A DNA stretch of 64,000 nt from a bacterium (GTDB lineage Bacteria > UBA8248), in the NCBI GenBank assembly GCA_965204535.1, contig CBDBEV010000001.1:224001-288000 (forward strand). Direction: 5' to 3'. Numbering within the stretch: position 1 is the first letter of the stretch; the number at the start of each line of letters is the position of its first letter. The position numbers were made by a program, and so were the translations under genes. Below the pieces are notes generated by a model. It was not told the origin of the DNA and made no database searches. It worked only from the letters and a program-made list of their open reading frames with translations. Positions 50,756 through 60,705 of the stretch are shown here, in pieces.

Positions 50756-51304
50756 TCACAAAAAAGCGAGGGCCTGCATCACCTGCTGAACCGAGGGGCG
50801 GTCGCTGGGGTATTTACCCACGTGAACGTAGCGAACGACGCCGCTCTTGTCGATGATGATGGTGGCGGGCCGGGCGATCCCTTCTCTCGGATGCAGCACC
50901 CCGAAGTGTTGAATGATTCGCTTCTTCGGGTCCGAAATCAACAGATACCGGATGCTCAACTCCCGCGTCGTCTTGTTCATTTCAAGCGCATTGTCCGCGC
51001 TGATGGCGACGATTTCGGTCTGCAGCCGATGAATTTTTTCGGAAAATCTCTGGAACTCGACGAGTTGCCGCTGGCAGATCACTCAGAAGTGACCCCGATA
51101 GAAGACCAGCACGAGGTTTTTCCTACCCTTGAGGTCGGAGAGCTTGAAGCCCTGTATCTCGAAATCTCGCGCCTCCTCCCCCACCTTGGGACGGTTCTCA
51201 TCGAAAGGCGCCGCCGCCCCCATTCCCGCGCTCACGAGGAGGAAAGCGAACGCCAACGCCGCCAGACGCATGGTTCGCGCCAAATGATTCGTGCTCCATC
51301 TCAT
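50756..51304 (-). CDS. AhpC/TSA (peroxiredoxin-like) selenoprotein with UxxC; in-frame TGA at 51083-51085
   Basis: Two ORF-track pieces are in one frame: ...VLVFYRGHF-TGA-VICQRQL...AISAD...SDP...RPATIIIDKSG; SECIS-like hairpin downstream. Confidence 0.85.
51049..51082 (-). promoter_or_regulatory. Putative bacterial SECIS element
   Basis: AACTC-GTC-GAGTT apical stem-loop, G-first loop 21 nt after UGA; TCTG/CAGA lower stem. Confidence 0.6.
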
Positions 51305-51433
51305 CGGGGAAAACCTCCAAGCCGTTGAACCGGAAAATCACCGCTGAGGCGAATCTTAATCCGCCCGGTGCGGGCTGTAAACCACGAGGGTGCCCCGCGT
51401 TGACGATGAGACGCGGCGTATGCGAATCTCCAG

Positions 51434-53014
51434 ATGTCTCCCGCCCGCCGGTATGCTCAGGTGAGAAACAAATCGCTTGCTCTCGTGACCCTCATGCTAG
51501 CGTGCGCCGCTTTATCCGCCTGCGGGGAGAAGGGTGCAACCAAAGGCGACACCATCGTCGTCGGAATCGGAACCAACCCCACGCAACTCGACCCGAGGCT
51601 GTCGCAGGACGCCATCTCCTCCAAGGTGCAGCGCTTCATCTTCAGCCGACTGATATCGAAGGATCACGAGGGACGCGTCGTCCTGGAACTCGCCGAGAAA
51701 TGGGAGCGGCCCACGCCCCTCGTCCACCGCTTCGAGCTCAGGCGCGGGGTGCGGTTCCATAACGGCGAAGCCCTCACCGCATCGGACGTGAAATACACCT
51801 TCGACTCCATTCGAGACCCCTCTCTCGCCTCGCCCAAGGCGGCGGGACTCAAGGAACTCGCGCGCATCGAAACGCCCACGCCGCACAGTGTCGTCTTTCA
51901 TCTCACAGAACCCTCCGCCTCGTTCGCGGAATCGCTGATGGTCGGCATCCTCCCCAAAAGCGCGCGCGAAGCGGGGAGCCGTTTCGCCCAAAAACCCGTC
52001 GGCACCGGCCCGTTCGAGTTCGTGGAGTTCGCGCCGGACGTACGAATCGCACTCAAGGCGTTTCCCGGCCATTTCGCCGGCAAACCCGCTTATGAGACCC
52101 TTATCTTCCGGATTCTGCCGGAGGAGACCATCCGCGTCCTGGAACTCGAAAGCGGGGGAGTCGACTTCCTCCAGAACGCTTTTTCCCCCGACATTTTGCC
52201 GCGCTTCATCCAGAACAAGCGGCTCAAGATTCGAAAGCGTCTGGGCACGAACTTCACCTACATCGGCTTCAACCTGGAAGACCCGATTCTCTCCAAGCTC
52301 GAGGTGCGGCGCGCGATCGCCCACGCCATCGACAGACGGCCCATCGTGCGCTTCATCCAAAAGGGCCTGGTACAGGAGGCGGACAGCCTGCTGCCGCCGG
52401 ATCACTGGGCGCACCAAAAAGGTCTACCAAGCTATGCACACCGCCCCGCGTTGGCGATGAGACTTCTCGACGAGGCGGGTTTCCCCGACCCCGACGGGCC
52501 GGGGCCCGAGTCGCGCTTCACACTCGTCTACAAAACCTCGCAGAACGAGCTGGGCCGCCGCATCGCCACCGTGTTCGGCCACCAACTCGCCCGCGTGGGA
52601 ATCAAGATGAAAATACGCTCCTATGAATGGGGCACGTTTTTCGGCGACATCAGAAACGGGAACTTCCAGCTCTACAGCCTGACGTGGGTCGGCATATCGG
52701 ACCCCGACATCTACCGCTACATCTTTCACAGCCGCTTCACCCCGCCGGCCGGCTTGAACCGCGGCCGCTATAAAAACGCGCGCGTGGACGCGCTCCTGGA
52801 AGAGGCCCACCAGTCCGCCGAGCCCGAGATTCGCGCCCGCGCCTACGGCGAGATGCAGCGCATCCTGGGCCGCGAGCTTCCCTACATCAATCTTTGGCAC
52901 AGTGTGAACGTGGCCGTCTTCGACAAGCGCATATCGGGGTACCGGGTATATCCGGATGCGGATTTCATCTCGCTCGCGAAGGCCACGCTCTACCCAGCGG
53001 CGGGCGATAAGTGA
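51434..53014 (+). CDS. Peptide/nickel ABC substrate-binding lipoprotein (family 5)
   Basis: Lipobox LSAC, LDP, FHNGEALTASDV, GTGPF, VRRAIAHAIDR. Confidence 0.92.
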   Translation: MSPARRYAQVRNKSLALVTLMLACAALSACGEKGATKGDTIVVGIGTNPTQLDPRLSQDAISSKVQRFIFSRLISKDHEGRVVLELAEKWERPTPLVHRFELRRGVRFHNGEALTASDVKYTFDSIRDPSLASPKAAGLKELARIETPTPHSVVFHLTEPSASFAESLMVGILPKSAREAGSRFAQKPVGTGPFEFVEFAPDVRIALKAFPGHFAGKPAYETLIFRILPEETIRVLELESGGVDFLQNAFSPDILPRFIQNKRLKIRKRLGTNFTYIGFNLEDPILSKLEVRRAIAHAIDRRPIVRFIQKGLVQEADSLLPPDHWAHQKGLPSYAHRPALAMRLLDEAGFPDPDGPGPESRFTLVYKTSQNELGRRIATVFGHQLARVGIKMKIRSYEWGTFFGDIRNGNFQLYSLTWVGISDPDIYRYIFHSRFTPPAGLNRGRYKNARVDALLEEAHQSAEPEIRARAYGEMQRILGRELPYINLWHSVNVAVFDKRISGYRVYPDADFISLAKATLYPAAGDK

Positions 53015-53931
53015 GAAAATTCCTCTTAAGACGCGTTCTGCTCCTCATCCCCGTTCTGTGGGGGGTGACGACGCTCGTCTTCATCGTCACCCAGGTGCTG
53101 CCGGGCGACCCGGTGGACCTGATGCTGGGCGAAACCGCCCGCCCCGCCCAGCGCGAACAACTGCGAAAGACGTTGGGGCTGGACAGGCCGCTGGGCGTTC
53201 AATACGCCGATTACATGGGCGGGCTGCTGCGGGGAGACTTGGGGAATTCGCTCCACCAGAAAAGAGCGGTATCGGCCATCATCTTCGAGCGCACCTATGC
53301 CTCGGCGGAACTCACGCTCGCTTCGATGGCCGTCGCGCTGCTCATCTCGCTCCCGCTGGGAATCGCGGCGGCGCGAAGACAGGGCACGGTGCTCGACCTG
53401 GGCGCAGGCTTTCTCGCCGTCGCGGGCGCGAGCATGCCCGTCTTCTGGCTCGGGCCGCTGCTCATCATCGTTTTCTCGATCGGGCTGGGCTGGTTCCCCG
53501 TCTCGGGCCGGGAGGGAGTTTTGAGCCTCATCCTCCCCGCCGTGACGCTCGGCGCGGCGCTCTCCCCCATATTGATGCGCATGGCGCGCTCGAGCCTGCT
53601 GGACGTGCTGCCGCAAGACTACATCAGCACGGCGCGCGCGAAGGGTATTTCGGAAAAAAGGGTGCTCTGGCTCCATGCGCTCAAGAACGCGTGCCTGCCG
53701 CTCATCACGATCCTGAGCCTCCAGCTCGGCGCCCTGCTCTCGGGCGCTATCATCACCGAGACCGTCTTCGCCTGGCCCGGCGTGGGCCGCCTGGTGATTC
53801 AGGCCATCGCGTCTCGCGACTACCCCCTCGTGCAGGGCTGTGTGCTGTTCATCGCCGCCGTCTACGTGAGCGCGAACTTTCTGGCTGACATCGCCTACGC
53901 CTGGCTCGACCCGCGCGTGAGGCTCACATGA
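53011..53931 (+). CDS. Peptide ABC permease, DppB/NikB type
   Basis: PGDP, GLDRP, TARAKG, ITETVFAWPG, RDYP, DPRVR. Confidence 0.92.
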   Translation: MRKFLLRRVLLLIPVLWGVTTLVFIVTQVLPGDPVDLMLGETARPAQREQLRKTLGLDRPLGVQYADYMGGLLRGDLGNSLHQKRAVSAIIFERTYASAELTLASMAVALLISLPLGIAAARRQGTVLDLGAGFLAVAGASMPVFWLGPLLIIVFSIGLGWFPVSGREGVLSLILPAVTLGAALSPILMRMARSSLLDVLPQDYISTARAKGISEKRVLWLHALKNACLPLITILSLQLGALLSGAIITETVFAWPGVGRLVIQAIASRDYPLVQGCVLFIAAVYVSANFLADIAYAWLDPRVRLT

Positions 53932-54737
53932 GGCGCGGCCTGTCCTTCTATCTGGGCGGGGGCATCATCGCCCTCTTGCTGGCCGCCACCCTGGCCGCTC
54001 CCCTTCTCTCGCCCCAAAACCCCTACGAGATGGAGCTGGCGCAAGGCCTTTCGGCTCCCGAGGCGGCGCACCCCTTCGGGCGCGACAAGCTCGGCCGAGA
54101 CATCCTGAGCCGCGTCTTACACGGCGGGAGAACCTCGCTCACCGTGGGTTTCGCCGCCGTGTCGGTATCCGTTTTCCTGGGCGTCATCATCGGAGGAATC
54201 GCGGGTTATCTCGGCGGGGTGTGGGATGAGGCGATCATGCGCGTCACCGACGTGTTCCTGGCCTTTCCGGGCATTCTGCTCGCCATCGCGCTCATGTCCG
54301 TGCTCGCGCCGAGTCTGTGGAACATCGTCATATCGCTCTCGGTGTTCGGATGGGTGGGCTACGCGCGCCTCGTCCGCGCGCAGGTGCTGGCGTTGCGTGA
54401 GCGTGAATTCGTGACCGCCGCCCTGGCCGCGGGCGCCACGCCCGGGCGAATCCTCACCCGCCACCTGCTCGCGAACATCATCTCGCCGGTCATCGTGGAG
54501 GCGAGCATCGGCATGGCGGGGGCGATTCTCGCCGAATCGGGGCTATCGTTCCTGGGACTGGGCATACAGCCGCCCGAGCCGAGTTGGGGGGCGATGCTGG
54601 CCGAGGGACGAGATTTTCTGCTCGTCGCCCCGCACCTGACGATTTATCCGGGAATCGCCATCGCCCTCACCGTCATGGGCCTGAACGTCCTGGGCGACGG
54701 GCTGAGAGACCTACTCGACCCGACTCAGAAGAGATAG
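53928..54737 (+). CDS. Peptide ABC permease, DppC/NikC type
   Basis: HPFGRDKLGRD, ESGLSFLGLG, PSWG, GDGLRD. Confidence 0.92.
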   Translation: MRRGLSFYLGGGIIALLLAATLAAPLLSPQNPYEMELAQGLSAPEAAHPFGRDKLGRDILSRVLHGGRTSLTVGFAAVSVSVFLGVIIGGIAGYLGGVWDEAIMRVTDVFLAFPGILLAIALMSVLAPSLWNIVISLSVFGWVGYARLVRAQVLALREREFVTAALAAGATPGRILTRHLLANIISPVIVEASIGMAGAILAESGLSFLGLGIQPPEPSWGAMLAEGRDFLLVAPHLTIYPGIAIALTVMGLNVLGDGLRDLLDPTQKR

Positions 54738-55195
54738 AGGAAATACCAGCGCTTTTTCTTCTTCGCGGGTTCTTTCTTCTTGACTTCGGGGGGAGCTTCC
54801 TGCTTCGGCGCAGGCGCCTCGCCTTTCTCTCTTTTCAGGCGGGGCGCAGCCTTCGGCTTGGGGATCTTGGCGATGTCGACCAACGCGCCGTGCGGAAATT
54901 TGGTGCTGCGTAGTTCTTCTTTGAAAAACGTCTCGGGACGAACGAGGTGGCAAGCGAGGCACCGGGTGGCGGCGCGCAGCGGGCTCTTTTCGTCATAGCG
55001 AAGCTGTTGCTTCTCGACGTGGGGGTCTGCCTGGAAACTCGCGTGCAGATGACAGCTCTGGCAGTAGGACGTGACGACCACGTTCTCCTCTGCCTTGGGA
55101 AGAGAGCCGCGCACGGCCCTTTCGATGGGCTTGCGCTGACAGGCGGAAACAAGCAACAGACAGACCGCCAGCGACATCAGGCATACGTTCTTCAT
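54725..55195 (-). CDS. Putative diheme c-type cytochrome lipoprotein
   Basis: Lipobox VSAC; two CxxCH motifs (CQSCH, CLACH); RBS GGAG. Confidence 0.7.
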   Translation of the reverse strand: MKNVCLMSLAVCLLLVSACQRKPIERAVRGSLPKAEENVVVTSYCQSCHLHASFQADPHVEKQQLRYDEKSPLRAATRCLACHLVRPETFFKEELRSTKFPHGALVDIAKIPKPKAAPRLKREKGEAPAPKQEAPPEVKKKEPAKKKKRWYFLYLF

Positions 55196-55296
55196 CCAGC
55201 CGCTCCGATAATTTTCATCCCGAATCTTGCGCCTCGTCCTGCTCATGAGCGCGCAGTATACGAACTGCGCCTTCGCGCCGCAACGAAGCAGCGACT

Positions 55297-55710
55297 TCAG
55301 GCGCTCTGCCTGCGCCGGGCCACCGTTTCACGCACGTAGGCGACGATATCCTCCATCGTCGCGCCGGGGGTGAAAATCTCGTCCACCCCCTTCTCCTTGA
55401 GAAAGGGAATGTCATCATCCGGCACGATGCCGCCGCCAAAGAGCAGGACGTCGTCCATGCCGTGCCCGTCGAGCAATTCACGAATTTTGGGGAAAAGATG
55501 GTTGTGCGCGCCCGAAAGTATCGAGAGACCCACGCAGTCAACGTCTTCTTGCATGGCGGTCGAGGCGATCTGTTCGGGCGTCTGGCGGATGCCGGTGTAA
55601 ATCACCTCCATGCCGGCGTCCCTGAGCGCGCGCGCGACCACCTTCGCTCCCCTGTCGTGACCGTCGAGACCCGGCTTGCCCACCAGCACCCGTATTTTTC
55701 TCTCGTTCAT
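55297..55710 (-). CDS. Acyl-CoA mutase small (B12-binding) subunit
   Basis: GLDGHDRG (DxHxxG), [19 protein letters not shown]. Confidence 0.92.
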   Translation of the reverse strand: MNERKIRVLVGKPGLDGHDRGAKVVARALRDAGMEVIYTGIRQTPEQIASTAMQEDVDCVGLSILSGAHNHLFPKIRELLDGHGMDDVLLFGGGIVPDDDIPFLKEKGVDEIFTPGATMEDIVAYVRETVARRRQSA

Positions 55711-55881
55711 CCGCCGCCTCCTTCTCGATGCACTTCTGAAGGTTCTAGGAATGATTATCAAGTAAAGAAGACCACGATTCAAATGAACTCAGGCGTGTGT
55801 CGACTTTTCGGCCGAGTTTGCGTAACCTCAAAAAATCAGTAATGAACGAAAACGCAACGAATCGCCCCACAGGATTCTTAC

Positions 55882-57918
55882 ATGACGCCCACTCGGGAAA
55901 TCTACTGGAACATCGTCTTCGGCCCCCTGGTATATCTTTTCGCCGCGGCGGCGATCGGCGTGATGTCCTACGGCATCTACCAGCGCGTGCGCCTGTGGCG
56001 TCTGGGCGGCGGGGAACTCAGAACCGATAATCCGGCAAAGCGTCTCTGGGGCGTGGTGGATGAGCTGGTGCTCCACCGGCGGATGCTGCGGGACACCTAC
56101 CCCGGCCTCATGCACCTGTTCATATTCTACGGCTTTTTCGCCGAACTCATCGCCACCTCCATGATAGCCGTTCAGGAATGGACGGGAATCCACTATCTCA
56201 AGGGAAACCTCTACCTGGGCTACTCGCTTTTGAGCGACGGGTTCGGGCTGCTTGGGATCGTCGGCATCGTGATGGCCCTGTGGCGGCGCCTGGTGGTGAA
56301 GCCAGAGCGCATGAACTCCGTGCTCGATGACTACCTTGCGCTCTGGCTGCTGCTGCTCGTCTTCGTGCAGGGTTTCGTCGTGGAAGGGCTGCGCATCGCG
56401 GCGACCGAGCTCAGGGACAACCCGTCCCTGGCCCCCTGGTCGCCGGGCGGCTACGCGGTCGCCCTGACCCTCCAGGGGCTGAGCGTGGAGACGCTCCGGT
56501 TTCTCCACCGCATCAACTGGTGGTTCCACGCCATTTCCGCATTCGTGTTGCTCGGCTACATGGGTTTCGGCAAATTCAACCACATCTGGTACGGCCTGTT
56601 GAACATGTTCTGCAGAAATCTGGCCCCCAGCGGCAAGCTGAGCTTCATCGACATCGAGGCGACGATGGAAGCCGACCCCGAGGCCATCGAAACCCTGGGC
56701 GTGGAGAAGATCGAGGGATACACCTGGAAGAACCTGCTCGATCTGGACGCGTGCACGAACTGCGGCCGCTGCCAGGACGTCTGCCCTGCCTACATGAGCG
56801 GCGTGCCGCTCAACCCCAAGAAGCTGATTCAGGACATGAAGGCGCACCTGAGCGAAGCGGGCCCGGCGGCGCTTGCGGAAAACGGTGAGGCGGGCGAGAG
56901 GCCGCCCCTGTTCGGCGAGCCTGCGGACGAACCCGCCGTTCTCGAGGAAGAACTCTGGGGCTGCCGCACCTGCGGTGCCTGCCAACAGGAGTGCCCCGTC
57001 TTCATCGAGCACATCCCCAAGATGGTGGACATGCGCCGCTATCTGGTGATGATGGAATCGAAGACGAGCGAGGACGCGCGCCAGTTCTTAAAATCCATGG
57101 ACGAGCGCCTCCACCCCTGGGTGGGCGCGCAGCACAACCGCGAGGAATGGTACGAGGGCCTCGACGTAAAGGTCCTCGCAAGCGGCGAGAAGGCGGAATA
57201 CCTCTACTGGGTGGGCTGCACGGGTTCGATGATCGACCGCAACATCGAGGTATCAAGGGCGATGGTGAAGATTCTGGGTGCAGCGGGCGTGGACTTCGCC
57301 ATCCTGGGCGCGGAGGAAGTCTGCACGGGCGACCCGGCCCGGCGCGTAGGGGGCGAGTTCACCTTCCAGATCTGCGCGAAGCAGAACATCGAGACGCTGA
57401 ACGGCTACGAGGTCAAGAAAATCATCACCACCTGCCCGCATTGTTTCAACACGTACAAGAACGAATACCCCGATTTCGGGGGAAACTACGAGGTGGTGCA
57501 CCACACGCAACTCATCGCGGAACTCATCAAATCAGGAAAGCTCAAGCTCAAGAAATCGCTCGGCTCCCTCACCTATCACGACCCCTGCTACCTGGGCCGC
57601 CACAACGGCGTATACGACGCCCCCCGCGAGGTTTTACACCAGATATCAGACGGCGGCTTCACCGAACTTAAGCGCAACCGCTCGCGCTCGCTGTGCTGCG
57701 GCGCGGGCGGCGGCTACGCATGGATGGACGATGAGCCGCAAAAGCGCATCAACCACGAGCGGCTGGACGACGTGAAGGCCTGCGGCGCCCAAACCGCCGC
57801 CGTATCGTGTCCCTTCTGCATGCAGATGTTCGACGACGCGCTCAAGGCGCTCGACCCGGAGAAGAACATCCGCGCCGCCGACATCGCCGAACTCGTTGCC
57901 GAGGCGATCGAGGAGTAG
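55882..57918 (+). CDS. FadF-like membrane Fe-S oxidoreductase (NarI-like TM, 2x[4Fe-4S], CCG domains)
   Basis: TM region with His residues; CTNCGRCQDVCP; CRTCGACQQECP; YHDPCYLGR; CCGAGGG. Confidence 0.9.
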   Translation: MTPTREIYWNIVFGPLVYLFAAAAIGVMSYGIYQRVRLWRLGGGELRTDNPAKRLWGVVDELVLHRRMLRDTYPGLMHLFIFYGFFAELIATSMIAVQEWTGIHYLKGNLYLGYSLLSDGFGLLGIVGIVMALWRRLVVKPERMNSVLDDYLALWLLLLVFVQGFVVEGLRIAATELRDNPSLAPWSPGGYAVALTLQGLSVETLRFLHRINWWFHAISAFVLLGYMGFGKFNHIWYGLLNMFCRNLAPSGKLSFIDIEATMEADPEAIETLGVEKIEGYTWKNLLDLDACTNCGRCQDVCPAYMSGVPLNPKKLIQDMKAHLSEAGPAALAENGEAGERPPLFGEPADEPAVLEEELWGCRTCGACQQECPVFIEHIPKMVDMRRYLVMMESKTSEDARQFLKSMDERLHPWVGAQHNREEWYEGLDVKVLASGEKAEYLYWVGCTGSMIDRNIEVSRAMVKILGAAGVDFAILGAEEVCTGDPARRVGGEFTFQICAKQNIETLNGYEVKKIITTCPHCFNTYKNEYPDFGGNYEVVHHTQLIAELIKSGKLKLKKSLGSLTYHDPCYLGRHNGVYDAPREVLHQISDGGFTELKRNRSRSLCCGAGGGYAWMDDEPQKRINHERLDDVKACGAQTAAVSCPFCMQMFDDALKALDPEKNIRAADIAELVAEAIEE

Positions 57919-57944
57919 AAACCGCGCCAGTTCCTTGCCCTGCG

Positions 57945-57980
57945 CCGGATACGGCGTCGGCCGTCGGTTTTCGTTTTTTT
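57945..57980 (+). terminator. Intrinsic terminator
   Basis: ACGGC-GTCG-GCCGT hairpin followed by a long T-tract. Confidence 0.6.
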
Positions 57981-58176
57981 CCGTTCTACTGCGTCATTCT
58001 CGTGGCGGTGTCCGAAACTTCAGGGCTGGAGTGCTTAATTTATTGCAATGCAAAGTAAATGCGAAGATAATGATCCGTACCAAGATGGTTTGAAGCGACG
58101 TTCATGATATCAATCCCGTGGAAAGACCACTCGGGCTTGAGAAGAACGCTCCCGTACCAGATAGGCGAGGAGCCGG

Positions 58177-58995
58177 ATGAGAAACATACTCCGGAGCTTG
58201 ATGCGATTTCTGGGGGGTTCGCGCGAAGCGGAGGAAAAGGCGCCAGCCTCTTTCTTGCCCGAAAGCGCGGAAATCCGGGAGGAGACGCCCGAGGCCGAAA
58301 ACGCCCGATTCCTCAGCGAGATCGTCAACCGCTCCATTCATCTGAGTCAACTCGCCGGATCACAGGCGAGGGCGGGGGATATCGACGCCGCCATTGAGAC
58401 CGCGCGAGGCATCGGCAACGCTCTTTTTTACGCCTCCGCCTTGCAGGAAATCGCCATCGCGCAGGCAAGGGCGGGACAAATCAGCGAGGCCATCGAAACG
58501 ATACGCCGCATCGACGACCCCGACGATCGAATGGAGGCGCTCAAGCACTTCTCCGCCATCAAGAGTGGCTTCGGCGCTACGATTTCCACCCATACGTTGA
58601 ACGCCGCTCTGGAGACGATCGAGGAGATCCGCGACGAAAAAAGCCTTTCCGAAAAAGCGTGGCTAAGCGTCATGGACATGGCCGAGGCGGGAGATTTCAC
58701 CGCCGCCGTTCAGAGCGCGCGTGAAATCGGCGACCCCGCCTGGCGCTCCTGGGCCTTGCAGGAAATCGCCACAGCCCAGGGACAGGAGAGAGATTTCCCC
58801 GCCGCCCTCAACTCCGCAAGCGGCATCAGCAAGGCGCTTTACCGTTCCTGGGCCTATCGGGACATCGCCGTGGCGCAGGCCGAAGCCGGGCAAATCGAGG
58901 CTGCTCTCGACACCGCGCGCCGCGTGGAAGACCCCGAAGACCGCGAGCAGGCGATGGCGGCCATCGAAAAGCACAAGGAACAACCCGGCGAGTAG
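58177..58995 (+). CDS. Alpha-helical (TPR-like) repeat protein
   Basis: About 33-aa repeats ALxEIAxAQAxAGxxxxAxxxARxIxD. Confidence 0.75.
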   Translation: MRNILRSLMRFLGGSREAEEKAPASFLPESAEIREETPEAENARFLSEIVNRSIHLSQLAGSQARAGDIDAAIETARGIGNALFYASALQEIAIAQARAGQISEAIETIRRIDDPDDRMEALKHFSAIKSGFGATISTHTLNAALETIEEIRDEKSLSEKAWLSVMDMAEAGDFTAAVQSAREIGDPAWRSWALQEIATAQGQERDFPAALNSASGISKALYRSWAYRDIAVAQAEAGQIEAALDTARRVEDPEDREQAMAAIEKHKEQPGE

Positions 58996-59152
58996 CGCGC
59001 GTCTCCGCGCCGACCGAAAACACACTCCGACGCCAAACGTCAGACGGTACACACGGCTGAAAGATAATCCCGACAATTCAAGGCGCTCTGTGGGATTCAC
59101 CATGCAGACATTCCCCAACCTCGAACGCCGAGGTCAATCAGCGAGAAGCGCC

Positions 59153-59833
59153 TTACGGCTTTGCGGGGGCGACGCGGATATCGCCGTACCAGCCGCGGGC
59201 AGAGAGCTTGCTGTTGTCGGTGTCGGTCATGATGGCGATGTGGGTGATCCCGGTGATGTCGCGGCCGAAATACCGCTTGAAATCCTCACGCATGTTCCGG
59301 CGATGGGTGCGCCACTGCCCGGCGTGTTTCGCGCCCGAATCCACAGCGACCATGTGGGCCTTTTTAGTGTAGGGGTTCGGCCAGGCGGAGCCTTCCGGCT
59401 GATTGCTGGCCCAGACGTAGACCACCGAATCCGGGAAAGAGAGCCAGCCTGCGCCGGGCGCCAGGAAATAGACGCGAACGGCGAAGTCGTCTCCTTCTTT
59501 CGAGAGCTCATCCGGCGGGTTAACGGGGCGCTCGATCCGCCAGCGCCAGATGAGGATCGGCGTTTTCGTGACGTCTATCTTCCGCTCGTACACGAGGCCG
59601 GACGCAGCCGCGTTGCTCACCGCCTCGAGGACGGTTTCACCGCCGCCGTCTTTGGTCAGGCGGTAGCGGGTTTCGCCCTCGAAACTCTTGGGCTCCCAAC
59701 CCGTGAGATCGCCCGCCGAGAAACGGCCGAGCACTAGCTCCTGCGCGTGGAGAGCGCCGGGTGCGAGGGCGAAAAGCGCGATCAAAAAACCGAAGACAAT
59801 TATGGGAAAACTACGAAAACGGTAAGAAAACAT
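59153..59833 (-). CDS. DUF3047-family exported protein
   Basis: Signal peptide; AASGL, TPILIWRW, GDDFAVRVY, YVWAS, NPYT, AIMTDTDN. Confidence 0.82.
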   Translation of the reverse strand: MFSYRFRSFPIIVFGFLIALFALAPGALHAQELVLGRFSAGDLTGWEPKSFEGETRYRLTKDGGGETVLEAVSNAAASGLVYERKIDVTKTPILIWRWRIERPVNPPDELSKEGDDFAVRVYFLAPGAGWLSFPDSVVYVWASNQPEGSAWPNPYTKKAHMVAVDSGAKHAGQWRTHRRNMREDFKRYFGRDITGITHIAIMTDTDNSKLSARGWYGDIRVAPAKP

Positions 59834-59843
59834 TCAGAACACC

Positions 59844-60521
59844 TCAGCGGCAAAAGGGCCAGATCTGATACCAGGAATCGCACCGAAACCTCGACTCGCA
59901 CCGCGCGAGCTGGGCCTTGTAGCGCCGGGCGGTCTGGGCCACGCGCTGCGCGGCGCGCCGCAGCTTCGGTTTTTTCTTCCAGGTGCCGCGGCGGTAACCG
60001 CCCCTTCCCTCGTGATAGGCGAGGTAGAGCCTGTGCGCGTCGTTCAGGGAGATGCCCAGTTCGCGCCGTGTCTTGGCGTTGTACCAGCCGATGAAATCGA
60101 GCGCGTCTTTCATACGCGTGCGGCTGCTCAACCAACTGCCGCGCTCCGCCTTGTAGTCCCCCCAGGTCGGGTTCAGGGGCTGCGCATAGCCAAGCGCCGT
60201 GGAGGGGCGGCCGAGCGGAATGAACAGGAACCACCGCATGGGCGGCCTCGCATGGCTCTGGAAGCTCGACTCCTTCCACACGAACGCCATCTGCACGTGC
60301 ACCGGCGTGCCCCAGCGCTTCTCGGAGGCGCGGGCGTAGTCGTACCAGTCGGGCTGCTGCTCGAACACCTCGCAGATGTTCCCCTGCCGCCTCGGTGTGG
60401 GGGTAACGCAGCCGCTCACGAGGAAAGCGAGAGCGAAAACAAGCAAAAAACGGCGGCGCCAATGCGCACGAGGCGCCCGCTTTTTCGAAGAATCATTCAA
60501 GTGAACGAGTGAATCCGACAT
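59844..60521 (-). CDS. Lysozyme-like/SLT transglycosylase lipoprotein (start uncertain)
   Basis: Lipobox VSGC; ESSF catalytic Glu; ALGYAQ; LAYHEG. Confidence 0.8.
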   Translation of the reverse strand: MSDSLVHLNDSSKKRAPRAHWRRRFLLVFALAFLVSGCVTPTPRRQGNICEVFEQQPDWYDYARASEKRWGTPVHVQMAFVWKESSFQSHARPPMRWFLFIPLGRPSTALGYAQPLNPTWGDYKAERGSWLSSRTRMKDALDFIGWYNAKTRRELGISLNDAHRLYLAYHEGRGGYRRGTWKKKPKLRRAAQRVAQTARRYKAQLARCESRFRCDSWYQIWPFCR

Positions 60522-60705
60522 CGGCTCATCCATCTCCATTTGGGGCGGAGATGCGTTTGTCGTTAATAAATGCACGGCAAGAGGTTTTGTCAATCACTTT
60601 CGCCCAAAAGTGAGCGGCAAATGGCTTTGTTGTTAATCTGTGAACGATAAAACAGCTTTTCTCTTCCGTGATACTCCAAAATATGGGCGGTGGGCGGATT
60701 TCGTA

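Noticed and set aside
51083-51085. AhpC/TSA gene as a pseudogene or as two genes
   Set aside because: The stop is UGA at the redox Cys position with a downstream hairpin, so Sec recoding is the better explanation
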